DNA of 37,988 nucleotides from Octopus bimaculoides. Lineage: Eukaryota. Made by a program: the position numbers and the translations under genes. The stretch lies in the NCBI RefSeq assembly GCF_001194135.2, contig NC_068999.1, forward strand, positions 42,542,605 through 42,580,592, in the 5' to 3' direction. Positions 1 to 10,544 of this stretch are shown in pieces. The notes beneath the pieces are model-generated. The model ran no database searches. It was not told the DNA's origin and saw nothing but the letters and a program-made list of their open reading frames with translations. Numbering within the stretch: position 1 is the first letter of the stretch; the number at the start of each line of letters is the position of its first letter.

Positions 1-39
<39 letters not shown>
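1..39. repeat. (AT)n microsatellite
   Basis: Pure AT dinucleotide run at the window start. Confidence 0.95.
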
Positions 40-41
<2 letters not shown>

Positions 42-823
42 GTTTTTGTGTGTGCTTCTAGATTTGTCCGCGACCAATACTTGACGGCCAATTTTATGTT
101 ATTTATGTGCCTGTAAGTTGGAGGCCTGGGGATATAGTAGAAGACTGCCTCTTGGGACTGAACTCAAAACCAAGTGTTTGCAAAGCGTGTTTCTTAACCA
201 CAGAACCATGCCATCTCACTCCCCTCCACCCTTTCTCTCTCTATATATAGCAGCAATGTATGTATCATTCCCAGTAACATTCTTGCATTTACAACCTAAC
301 CATATTGCTAGCAGTATATTCAAACTCGGTAAATAATATGGCGCCCATAAAACTCGTCCAGATGTAACTGCGACCTACATCATTTTCAGCCTGTGATTTT
401 TCATGCAGATTCTCATATTCTTCCGTGTAAGATATACAATACCTCTAACACACAAGAAGCAGACCTCTTGTTTGTATAGTTTCTCGATTGTTCAAAGCAA
501 ATTTGATAGCAAACAGCAGAATATATCTGACTTTTGTGAGTTTTCTAGTATCTAGTTGTTTAAATCACCCAATGAACGTAATTTAGTTATGTATACGAAG
601 TGGCAATGAACAGGTCATATACAGGGTTTCTTACAGTATCACAAGAAGCATTTGTTCATTCTCTTTGGCTGGCACAAGCATATACATATAAATACATGAA
701 ATTGGAAGGTGGATAGGGATGATTTCATGTGAAGTAAATGCCAGATGCTTTAAAGGAAACAATGTACCCGGATGGCAGGAAAGAAAATGAGTGACTGCTT
801 TCTCTATCCACCTCTCCCACACC

Positions 824-824
<1 letters not shown>

Positions 825-859
<35 letters not shown>

Positions 860-876
860 ATATATATATATATATA
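825..876. repeat. (TATC)n + (TA)n compound microsatellite
   Basis: Read directly. Confidence 0.95.
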
Positions 877-1004
877 ATTATAAAATCTGGTAATTATTCA
901 TATATTAATTAATATCGATTAATTATCAGGAGGCCAGCACATCTAAAGAATCAAAGAGATTCAGAAATATTATCTGCAATCTCAGGGGATTAAGGTACGT
1001 ACAA

Positions 1005-1072
1005 AGAATGTAATGACAGCGAAATGCCGCAGACACTTTTCCTGGCGTGCTAACGTTTCTGCGAGGTCACCA
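1005..1072 (-). mobile_element. SINE family C, degenerate 5' fragment
   Basis: ggcgtgctaacgtttctgc and gaaatgccgc match the reverse complement of the family-C head at 27132 and 15700-15740. Confidence 0.5.
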
Positions 1073-2531
1073 TCTGAATGACAAACTCAAAGTCGGTGAC
1101 ACTTGAACTTGAACATTAGGAGCCGGAAGAAATTCCCTTGAGCATTTTGTCCGCTGTAGTATAATGGTGCTGCTAACACATCGCCTTACTAAATTCACTA
1201 AGATTAACGAGTCTTAATAATTTCTTAAAATGTCTTTCTTAAGATTATAATTAATTTTAAAATATTTAATAAAATAGCTAAAAATCTTTTTGAAGTTTGA
1301 CTATGAATTTTCATTCACTTGCCAAAAATTCTTTACTCTATAAATAAGCTAAAATCATTTAAACACCGCCGCCATTTCGAAATCAGAAAAAAAAAAGAAA
1401 CGTAAGTAAAGTAAACGATAAAGATGTTTGCTTTAGACAGACAAGATTACTAAATAGATATGCAGGGATGCGAAGCATATTGCCATATCTGGCAAACTAT
1501 TTCGCCTGTGGATTAGAATTAATTGGCTTGTTGCCGCATAAAATTGAATAAACCTGTCAATATAGTTGAATAGGATCTCTTAATATCACACACTTGAACG
1601 AAGATTTGTAATATCATTTGAATGTATATCTATGTGTAATATGATTTAATTGGATGTCTGTGAAAATTATTTCATTGAACACCTGTGTCTGTAATGTCAT
1701 TTATCGGAAAGTCTAAGTGTATTATGATTTTAACGAAGAACTGTGAGTTATCTTTGGGAATACCCTTTAAGAAATATATTTGTAAGAAATATATTTCTTT
1801 ACGAAGGTGAAACAAATTTACTTATGACAACGTTGATTGAATTCTCGTAACCTAGTTGAGATGCCGAAAAGAAACGAGGCGAGACAAACGTAGAATCACT
1901 CACTACACCTGGATGAGTATAGTCGAGGGTCTGTTTTACGATGTCATAACTATAGATGTGTGCCTCCACAGTGGATATGGTTCTTTATAATGGATGTTTT
2001 TTCATGAAATTTTCCGCAGACATAACTTGCTGAAAAATAGATGTTTTAACAAAATTTTCTAAAAATTCCATTCAGGTGGTGCAGATTACGATTATTTCAG
2101 AATTTTATGTCAAAAACGAAATACATATAGGATAGGAGTCAGATAATTCACCCACCTCCATTTGCTTCCTCATAAATCTTTGAAAACTTGATATTTTCCG
2201 ATAAAATGTTCTACAAATGCATTTTAGTTGATATAAATTGCAATTATGTTATAATCTGGAGTGAAAAACCATTTAGGATCGGGGTCGATCGGAGGATAAT
2301 GAACCACAGTTTTATTTCCTCACATGTTTTGAGGAGACGTGTGAAATATCCACTCTACTCCATTTTTCCCCGCTCTAAATTCTTAGGCTCTAAATTCTTA
2401 GGCTTGAAACGTAAAAGACTTTCACACCTTCCCCAGCGTCAAAGTAAGACACCTGTTTGTTGTTTATATACCTGTCTTCGTCTTTTGTTTTTCTGTAAAT
2501 TCCAACTATATATATATATATATATCTGCGT

Positions 2532-2915
2532 GGAGGCGCAATGGCCCAGTGGTTAGGGCAGCGGACTCGCGGTCATAGGATCGCGGTTTCGATTCCCAGA
2601 CCGGGCGTTGTGAGTGTTTATTGAGCGAAAACACCTAAAGCACCACGAGGCTCCGGCAGTGGATGGTGGCGCACCCTGCTGTACTATTCCACCACAACTT
2701 TCTCTCACTCTTACTTCCTGTTTCTGTTGTGCCTGTAATTCAAAGTGTCAGCCATGTCACACTGTGTCACGCTGAATATCTCTGAGAACTACGTTAAGGG
2801 TACACGTGTCTGTGGAGTGCTCAGCCACTTGCCCGTAAATTTCACGGGCAGGCTGTTCCGTTGATCGGATCAACTGAAACATTCTACGTCGTAAGCGACG
2901 GAATGCCGACAACAA
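2532..2915 (+). mobile_element. tRNA-derived SINE, family A, near full length
   Basis: Pol III A-box TGGCCCAGTGG (2542-2552), B-box GGTTTCGATTCC (2585-2596). The 3' body (cagccatgtcacac...gtctgtggagtgctcagccacttg...gatcggatcaactg) recurs at 20290-20450. Confidence 0.85.
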
Positions 2916-2984
2916 TATATATCTGTGTGTGTGTGTGTGTATGTGTGTAATATTGGCAATATGTGCATTATATATTTTCTTTTG

Positions 2985-3175
2985 TTTTCTCTTTCTTTTA
3001 CTTGCTTCAGGCTTAGAGAGGGTTTATGTCGTAAAATCGATCGCAGGAATTCTTTCTAAGTCTGGCACTTATTCTATCGGTCACCCTTCTCTTATCCGAT
3101 AAGTTTACAAGTTACTGTCAGGCGGTACCGTGGGGCAAGCACAAAGACATGCTTGCGCACACTCACAGAAGCAAG

Positions 3176-3216
<41 letters not shown>

Positions 3217-3272
3217 TGTGATACGTACAGACACACACACACAAACAAACACATATGTATGTATGTATGTAA

Positions 3273-3321
<49 letters not shown>

Positions 3322-3476
3322 AGTTTGCTATCAATTTCCCTCTACCAAATACATTTGCCAGGCATTGGTTGCTGATCCGAGGTTGGAGTAGAGAATACTA
3401 GATCAAGCTAAAACGCGGTGAGACTGAAACCGGAATCTTGTGGTTGAGAAGCATACGTCTTGCCACGTAACTATTC
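2985..3476 (-). mobile_element. tRNA-derived SINE, family B, old copy with expanded internal (CA)n/(TA)n
   Basis: Reverse complement aligns with 10772-11144 and 18660-19054: head ccggtttcagtc, atttggtagagggaaa, cgatagaataag, tail ctgaagcaagtaaaag. Confidence 0.6.
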
Positions 3477-4142
3477 TAAAAATAATGAAATGGAATATTA
3501 TGCACCGTATTCGGTCTTGTTACGCACACGATTACCTGGTCATTAGCATAATTGTCTTGCATTAAAAGTGGGCCACGTTGGGAAAAATGCTTGTGACCAC
3601 CATAACTGCCTGTGAGTTAGATTTAAAGAGATCTCTACGAAAAGGAAAAAGAAAAAACAGCGAAAATACCATGTTTGATGGAGTTGCAGTTCGTTTTGCC
3701 CCTCCTCTGAAAATATAGGATGTGTATAAGGTGCGGAACGCTTTTATTGGCTCAGACCACTTGGCTGTTGATAGGTGCAATCAATAATAACCAAATTCAT
3801 TGCTGTAAAGTGTTTCTACAATACTAAATGAACCAAATCTCAAATGGCTTTGCGTTGTTTGATTGAATGTGAAAGGAGGAAAAAATTCATTTATTTATTA
3901 TACAGAAAAAAAGATTGCTTTACATCTTATTGAAGTAACTTATGAGAAGGGATATTTTTATCGAAACGCTTCTATGAATGCTTTCGTTTTTTTTTCTTCA
4001 AACGTGTCCAATTGAACTTCGAATGGTTGATTACTTTTTTTGCTGCGATTCTCTCTATATCTCTCCATCTTTTATACTTGAGTTAATTATTCCCTCCATT
4101 TATATGTTTTTGTGTGTATGCGCGCGTGTGTATACGTATATG

Positions 4143-4190
<48 letters not shown>

Positions 4191-5182
4191 AACACACACA
4201 CAGACACACAGACATATATACATACCTTAATCGTATGTGGTGTTCCCTAGATGTGTTTTACCTCTGTGTGATTTAGCTTTTTATACTTTTTATTCCTTTT
4301 CATTCATTGTCCCTTTTCTTTATTTCTTTCAAGTTAATCTTTCGTTCTTAATCCTTTATTGCTTAATCTGCTATCAATGACTACTAGTTGAAAGCAGAAA
4401 AAGGGAGAAGAAGGGACGACGATAAGTTATACGCTTAATCCTACCCCACCCCGCCAACTCACTGCTCCCTTTTTTTTATTTTTGGTTCATTATTTCCTGT
4501 TTTCTATAGCACCATTCGGCCGACACTCGTATGGCAATTTATCGTTATTTCTGCAATGACACGCGGAATGAACTATAGCAAAGATGGTGACCGCATGCGC
4601 GTAGACACACGAACACACGTACGCAAACACACATAATCCAGATAAAAGTACAATAAAGGAAAACAAGAGAATAGTAGTTAGATATGGAGTGAGTGAGATA
4701 TGGCGAGAGAGAAAGATACACACAGAGAGACGGAGAGACTGCAAGAAAGCGTATGTGATCTCAAAGACTGTTCATTATCTGATAAAAATCGCTTTGAAGA
4801 TTTCTTGCGAGATCTGCTCATGATAGAGGAATTAATCTGTATTGTCAAAACCCTGCTAATATCGCAACAAGATTGCAATGAACGAAAGTCTATATTAATC
4901 TAACCATTCAGAAACCGAACGTCTCTAAGCTTATCTACTCCTTCTTTTTCTTCTTCTTCTTTTTCTTCTTCTTTCTCTACAATACTTCTTACAATTCCTT
5001 CTTCAAATTTCTTTCTTTCCTTCTTTTTTTTTTGGTCATTTCTAGATGACCATTTTGACAAAGTCTTTTTATTGCCTGCTCGGCAATATTATCAAATACT
5101 GAAGCTTTTTGGACCAGCTCTCGACGTTTTCTTTGTTTATATTTCTTATTTATTTTTATGTACGTGTTTTCTTTTACTGTAA

Positions 5183-5272
<90 letters not shown>
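5183..5272. repeat. (ATT)30 microsatellite
   Basis: Read directly; explains the poly-L ORF 5109-5303. Confidence 0.95.
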
Positions 5273-5274
<2 letters not shown>

Positions 5275-5624
5275 CGGTTCCATTCTTTCTTCAACAAGGA
5301 TAGCTAACAATGACTGTGCCAGCGTATTAAAGGTTATTTATATAAAATAGCCAGTTTTTCAATTGAATTTATCAGTAATGAGTTATTGGGCAGAATTATA
5401 AATCTAAATAGACAAAGAACCGTCAAAGTAAGAGATATGTATGAACATAAACCTAAATAAATAATGGAACACAAACCTAAAACTAAAATAACTATGTGGC
5501 AAAAGCAAGAATATATTACTAAAAAAAGGAATTTTTCAAGAGAGGACAATAACAGGTTAAGGGGAATTTAGACGTGTGGAGACGATGCGGACGACCAAGA
5601 AGAAAACTTAGCTCACTATAGTCG

Positions 5625-5653
<29 letters not shown>

Positions 5654-5655
<2 letters not shown>

Positions 5656-6115
5656 CATTTCATTTTTTTCATTTTATCTAGTTTCAGCTCATGAGCTGTG
5701 GCCATGTTGGGGCACCGCCATTTGGTGTTGCTACACAATTTTACTTCATGAATTTTACTTCAGGAATTGACATTTGGTGCATGAGAGAGTTTGATGCAGC
5801 TGCTCTCATCTTCGCCTCCTGCCGTGAAGTTGTTTCATCTGGGACACATGACAGGAAGAGGTCCAGCCTTGCCTTCAAGACACCTACATCCACCGCATGC
5901 AGGTCTCTCAGGTCCTTCGGGAGAATATTGAAGAGCTGTGGACCTTTGAAGCCCAGGCTATTGCAGTATCCTGTCCTACATCTTGATGGCAAATTTGGAG
6001 TCCTTGGCACTATGCAATGGCGTCCAGTTCTTTTATTTGTGTAACTTTCGATGCCAAAGTTTGGGACAATTCCTTCGAGGATCTTCCAGATGTATATTAT
6101 GGCATATCTTTCTCG
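5654..6115 (-). mobile_element. 5'-truncated non-LTR retrotransposon (CR1/L2-type LINE): end of ORF2, 3' UTR and tail
   Basis: Minus frame RERYAIIYIWKILEGIVPNFG...NSLGFKGPQLFNILPKDLR...LKARLDLFLSCVPD resembles the post-RT C-terminus of CR1-group LINEs. It is followed by a short UTR, the palindrome cagctcatgagctg (5685-5698) and a tgaaa-type tail. Confidence 0.8.
5741..6115 (-). pseudogene. LINE ORF2 C-terminal fragment, about 124 codons, uninterrupted
   Basis: C-terminal part of ORF 5741..6316; the N-terminal part of that ORF is microsatellite, not element sequence. Confidence 0.8.
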
Positions 6116-6116
6116 T

Positions 6117-6163
<47 letters not shown>

Positions 6164-6432
6164 TATATGTACATGTGTGTATGCACATAAATGTATGCAC
6201 ACAGAAATATTAGTACATACGCTCGCACACATACACACGCACACAGACACACACAGACACACAGACGCACACACACTTATATAATCATGCGGAAGCATTT
6301 TCATATATAAATGCATATATTCTGTACGTTATAAATAGATTTATAAGTATATGTATATATATATATGTATGCGTGTATATGTGTATATATATATATGTAT
6401 GCGTGTATATGTGTATATATATATATGTATGC

Positions 6433-6494
<62 letters not shown>

Positions 6495-6548
6495 GTATGT
6501 ATGCATGTATGGATAGATGGATGGATGCATGCATGCATGCATATATAT
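6116..6548. repeat. Compound (TA)/(CA)/(TATG) microsatellite with an imperfect 30-bp unit x3 (about 6355-6440)
   Basis: Read directly (tatatatgtatgcgtgtatatgtg repeated). Confidence 0.9.
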
Positions 6549-6958
6549 ATGCACACAACTATCTACAATATATTCTTTCATCTCTCTTATTTCTCGCAGA
6601 CATGAACTATTTTTCTCCGAAGCACTTTAAGATTTAATCAGCGAATGTTAAAGTCTAAAAAATATAATTTTCTCCCAAATAAGAAATAAAATAATACGCA
6701 ATGAAAATAAATATGAAATAAAAAAAAATCAACAAATGAGAGACTACGTCAAATCAATGATGCAATAAAATAGTTTAATGGTACTTTTGTTTCTTGTGAG
6801 AATCTAATGCCAAACCGATCAACGCGTTTGAAGAAAAATGGTAAAGCAATGAAGCGTAGAATTAAACGTTAATAAAAATATTGGAAATAATAAACTGATC
6901 CTGATATTGATAATAATGCTAACGTTAACGTAAACGACGACTACAGTAGAGGATGAAG

Positions 6959-6959
6959 C

Positions 6960-6993
<34 letters not shown>

Positions 6994-7110
6994 TTGATCA
7001 TAATAATAATAATAATAATAGTAATAATAATGATGATGATGATGACGATGACGATGATGATAATGATGATGATGACGATGACGATGATGATAATGATGAT
7101 GAAGATGATG
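6959..7110. repeat. (AAT)n/(GAT)n/(GAC) trinucleotide tract
   Basis: Read directly. Confidence 0.95.
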
Positions 7111-7365
7111 ATTTCTTTATTTTTTTTTTTCTACCAGAGCGAAGGATGAGGAGGACAGACATAAGTTGTTAGGGTTAACATATAATAAAAAAGATAATAA
7201 AATAAGGAAAAAAGTGGGATGACTAATGCATTTTTAGTAATCAGTATGGCTGACATAAACATTACGTCCGGTAAAAGAACCATACAGAGTGAGATGACAT
7301 AAAACGTCGTGTAAACAACTGAAATAACAGAAGAAGAAGACTTCAAACCAAAACAACAAAACATC

Positions 7366-7428
7366 CCAGAACGAGGTCGAGACCTCCTAGCGCTACTGAC
7401 AAAAATCTCACTAAACCACGGCCGCTCC
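7366..7428 (-). mobile_element. Possible degenerate tRNA-derived SINE head
   Basis: Reverse complement ggagcggccgtggtttagtgag...ggtctcgacctcg has weak A-box-like and B-box-like spacing. Confidence 0.3.
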
Positions 7429-7770
7429 TACCATTAAGGCAAGCTCTCTTACAACAAAGTTTACACTTTAGGACAAATTTGCCGGCTGTGAGCGTTTCTC
7501 ATTCTAACATCATTTTTATTTTCACGTGAAAATTAAAAACGTTGTTGACAGTTTGGTCAGAAAGAAAGGAGCCTGTTTTAATTTGTTTCAGTCTAATACA
7601 CTCCAGAACATTTATCACGAAGGACACCAGGAAGATAAAATCTACCTACTCGCATCTGTCGAAGTAAGGCGATGGAATATTCTCTACAAAGGACTTATCT
7701 ACGAGACTGATCCGTCTAACACGTGACTGCAACTTTTAAACATAACTTTACATGTCGGTAATACTAAGGC

Positions 7771-7984
7771 AATTTTATTCAACAAAATCAATAACAATAT
7801 TTAACAAAAACACCTTTGAATGACGGTCTGACCGTCTGCGAAGCAAATGGGAAGCAGTAACTGAAGTAGATGGTGAATATGGTCCGGAATAATTATTTGA
7901 AGATGTTTTTGTTATATGTTGTTATTGTTTTTGTTGAATAAATTTTTCGTTGAAAAAAGCCGCAATTTATGCACCAACCTTATA
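7771..7984 (+). mobile_element. Mariner deletion derivative (MITE-like)
   Basis: Transposase C-terminus RLRSKWEAVTEVDGEYGPE* (7833-7892). Right TIR gccgcaatttatgcaccaacctta resembles the TTAGGTTGGTGCAAAAGTAATTGCGG mariner TIR class. Subterminal inverted repeat of about 50 bp (7771-7821 vs 7893-7947). Left terminal TIR not recognisable. Confidence 0.7.
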
Positions 7985-8121
7985 TGTATCAGATTAAGTA
8001 GATAAATGTGAAACAAGGTGGGAAAAAATAGTACTCGAATACCGGAGGTAGAGTAATATGCTTTATCACAAAAATGTCACAAGAAAATGCTATTCAGTGT
8101 ATCACGTTCTCGTTCTCAACC

Positions 8122-8169
8122 AAAACTGTCTGACGAACGACATCGTGAAACTCTTGAGTAACAGATTTT
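8122..8169 (+). ncRNA. Type I minimal hammerhead ribozyme motif
   Basis: CTGACGA (8130-8136); stem II acga/tcgt (8137-8146); GAAA (8147-8150); stem III actc/gagt; GTA cleavage triplet (8158-8160); stem I ctgt/acag plus aaaa/tttt around a bulged A. Confidence 0.65.
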
Positions 8170-8245
8170 TCAAATATTTTTGTGATATATTTGCTACTTT
8201 AATAACAAATTATAAATGTATGTATGTATACATGTACGTACGTAT

Positions 8246-8322
<77 letters not shown>
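8246..8322. repeat. (GA)n microsatellite
   Basis: Read directly. Confidence 0.95.
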
Positions 8323-8325
<3 letters not shown>

Positions 8326-8888
8326 TATTGCTGATGCGTTAATTAATCAATATGTCATTGGTTGCTTGAATATTCGGTAAACTCGCTGGTTTTAGAATTG
8401 TTTAACGTATTACATAACCTGGTGTATGTTGTGCATACTGCATGCCTGGCTGCGCTGTGTATATGTCGCAATAAAAATCTTAATGAAACAACAGTAGCAG
8501 TACCAGATAACCTATTCGACTCTTTCTATTACACACACACATATTTATATATTCTTGTATACATTCGTACGTATGTTTAAACGCAAACACGCACAAAAGC
8601 GTATATATGTACACGATAGCACGCCTTTATGTACGCATTTATGAGAATAACATTTTAAAAATAAATCAAAATTTTAACTGATATGATATGATGTCGATTT
8701 GAAATTTTAAAAAAAAATGGCTTCCAACAAACAAGGAAATTATTATACGTTAAAATGTTTAAAAAACTGTAATTGTTTTAGGAGAAGCAAAAGTCCCTGT
8801 GCATAAATGTTCCACTGTCTGATAAGCTATCCATTTATCATAGACAGAAAATTAATTTTAATAGCGTTGTGATAGAACGAATATTATT

Positions 8889-8995
8889 ATGGTAAATGTT
8901 CGCTACAAATAAAAACCATTTTCTTTTCCCTCCTTTATTACTGTAATGTCTGCCCCGGAAATGTTTATTTCATTTAATTACATTTTTATTCCTTT
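8889..8995 (+). repeat. Unclassified dispersed repeat, copy 1
   Basis: atggtaaatgttcgctacaaat (22 bp identical) and actgtaatgtctgcc are shared with 22628-22735. Confidence 0.7.
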
Positions 8996-8999
8996 CTCT

Positions 9000-9228
9000 G
9001 TCTTTCGCACGTTTTCTCTCTTTCTCCTTCTCTCTCTCTTCCTCTCTTGCTCTCTTTCACTCCCTCTATCTCTCTTTGTCTCCCCCCTCTCTCTCTTTCT
9101 CTTCCTCTCTCTCTTTCTCTTCCTCTCTCTCCTTCTCTTCCTCTCTCTCTTTCTCTTCCTCTCTCTCTTTCTCTTCCTTTCTCTCTTTCTCTTCCTCTCT
9201 CTCTTTCTCTTCCTCTCTCTCTTTCTAA
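9000..9228. repeat. CT-rich tract containing an 18-bp unit (ctctttctcttcctctct)
   Basis: Read directly; explains the ER/SL-rich ORFs. Confidence 0.9.
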
Positions 9229-9856
9229 CTGTATATTCATATGCACATATATAAATATATACTTNNNNNNNNNNATATATATATATATTTATATATATAA
9301 TAGTTAATATATATGCATATAAAATGCATACATACATATACATACATACATACACACACATACACACGCACACAGACACATTCTCTCTCTCACACACACA
9401 CATACAAACATATAAAATTTCATTTTCCACCGCCATTTGCATTCGCTCTCTGTATATCTCTCTCTCTCTGCCTGAACATTTAACCCATGTCACATCCTCC
9501 TTCTCCATCTCGTTTTCTTTCTCTTTCTCCTCCATCTTTAAATCTCCTCTTCCGTTTCTACAACTCGTTCTCTTGTGATATTTCGAGATTTCATTCTTTT
9601 TCTTTCTCTCTCACCACTGTCTCTCTGTCTTCCTCTCTCTCACTCCTGTCTCTCTGACTTCCTCTCTCTCTGTGTCTGAATCTTCTCTATTTTTATCCAT
9701 TACTCCTTCTTCCTCTTTCCCCCTCTTCCTCTTTCCCCCTCTTCCTCTAAATACCTCTCCCTCACTTATTTGATCTCTCTTTCAATGTGCGCCATTCCCT
9801 ATTTTCAAAATGTCTCTTGCTCTGTCTTTTTAAGATCTTTTGCATCCAATTTTAAC

Positions 9857-9924
<68 letters not shown>
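9857..9924. repeat. (TTA)n microsatellite abutting the 5' end of a SINE C copy
   Basis: Read directly. Confidence 0.95.
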
Positions 9925-9926
<2 letters not shown>

Positions 9927-10147
9927 GGCGGTTAGCTGTCAGAATCGTCAGCAGGCCGGGCACAATGCTTAACAGCATTTCGTCCGTCTTTATGTTCTGA
10001 GTTCCAATTCGGCCTAGGTCGCGCTTAACTTTCATGCTTTCCGGGGTCGATAATTAAGTACCAGTTGAGGAGGAGTGGGGTCGATGTAATCGACTTATCC
10101 TCCCCGCCCCGAATTTGTTTGGTTTGTGCAAGAATTTAGAAAGTATT
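9925..10147 (+). mobile_element. SINE family C, full length
   Basis: Head aaggcggttagctgtcagaatcg, B-box-like gagttccaattc, twice-repeated ggggtcgat, 3' ttgtgc...tagaaag. Confidence 0.8.
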
Positions 10148-10450
10148 CCAATCTGTTAATATTATCCGAGTTCATAATGGAGGAAGCTACGATTTGTTTA
10201 TTGCAGTAATGTGTTCAGTTTTAAATATTTATTTGAGCAATATCGTTATGTCTAGGATATGATATACTGCATATCATTACCGTGTGATAACACAGGCGCC
10301 ATGGCCTCTCGTGAATGACATTTTAAAATCGGTAATGAAGTAGATTTTTTAGGATGCACCTGCAGAATTTACCTGCGTGGAGTGAAGAATCTAGTGTAAA
10401 TATTATTGTCACTTTATACATGACCAAGTTATGAGTGAGTGTATAAGTGT

Positions 10451-10530
10451 GGGGGAAAGCCCGTGGCTTAGAGGTTAAGCTTATTCGACTCCCAATCATT
10501 TGGTCGGGAGTTCAATTCCTGGCGGGGCGC
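10451..10530 (+). mobile_element. Isolated tRNA-derived SINE head (family A-like), 3'-truncated
   Basis: A-box-like tggcttagagg and B-box gagttcaattcc (10508-10519); same head as 20148. Confidence 0.55.
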
Positions 10531-10544
10531 GAAATTTATCTATA

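Noticed and set aside
379-444. Minus-strand 66-nt segment RYCISYTEEYENLHEKSQAEND between ttAG and GTAGGT
   Set aside because: Short, no recognisable homology, and such splice-like pairs are expected by chance.
930-994. Plus-strand AG...GTACGT exon-like segment
   Set aside because: Weak polypyrimidine tract, non-symmetric length, unrecognised peptide.
2372-2507. GAAACGTA-aaagac plus T-rich tail resembling the right half of a Penelope-type HHR, preceded by a 15-bp tandem duplication (gctctaaattcttag x2)
   Set aside because: No CUGANGA or helix II upstream. It may be a decayed remnant but cannot be supported from this window.
3092-3391. ORFs rich in YI/HT/CV repeats, here and at 6051-6637, 11647-12162, 29272-29717, 32500-33926
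   Set aside because: Translations of (TA)n/(CA)n/(TATG)n microsatellites.
4590-4601. NRF1-like ccgcatgcgcg
   Set aside because: Single imperfect site in a decayed CA/CG microsatellite context.
5691-6044. 117-aa plus-strand ORF
   Set aside because: Antisense shadow of the LINE ORF2 fragment.
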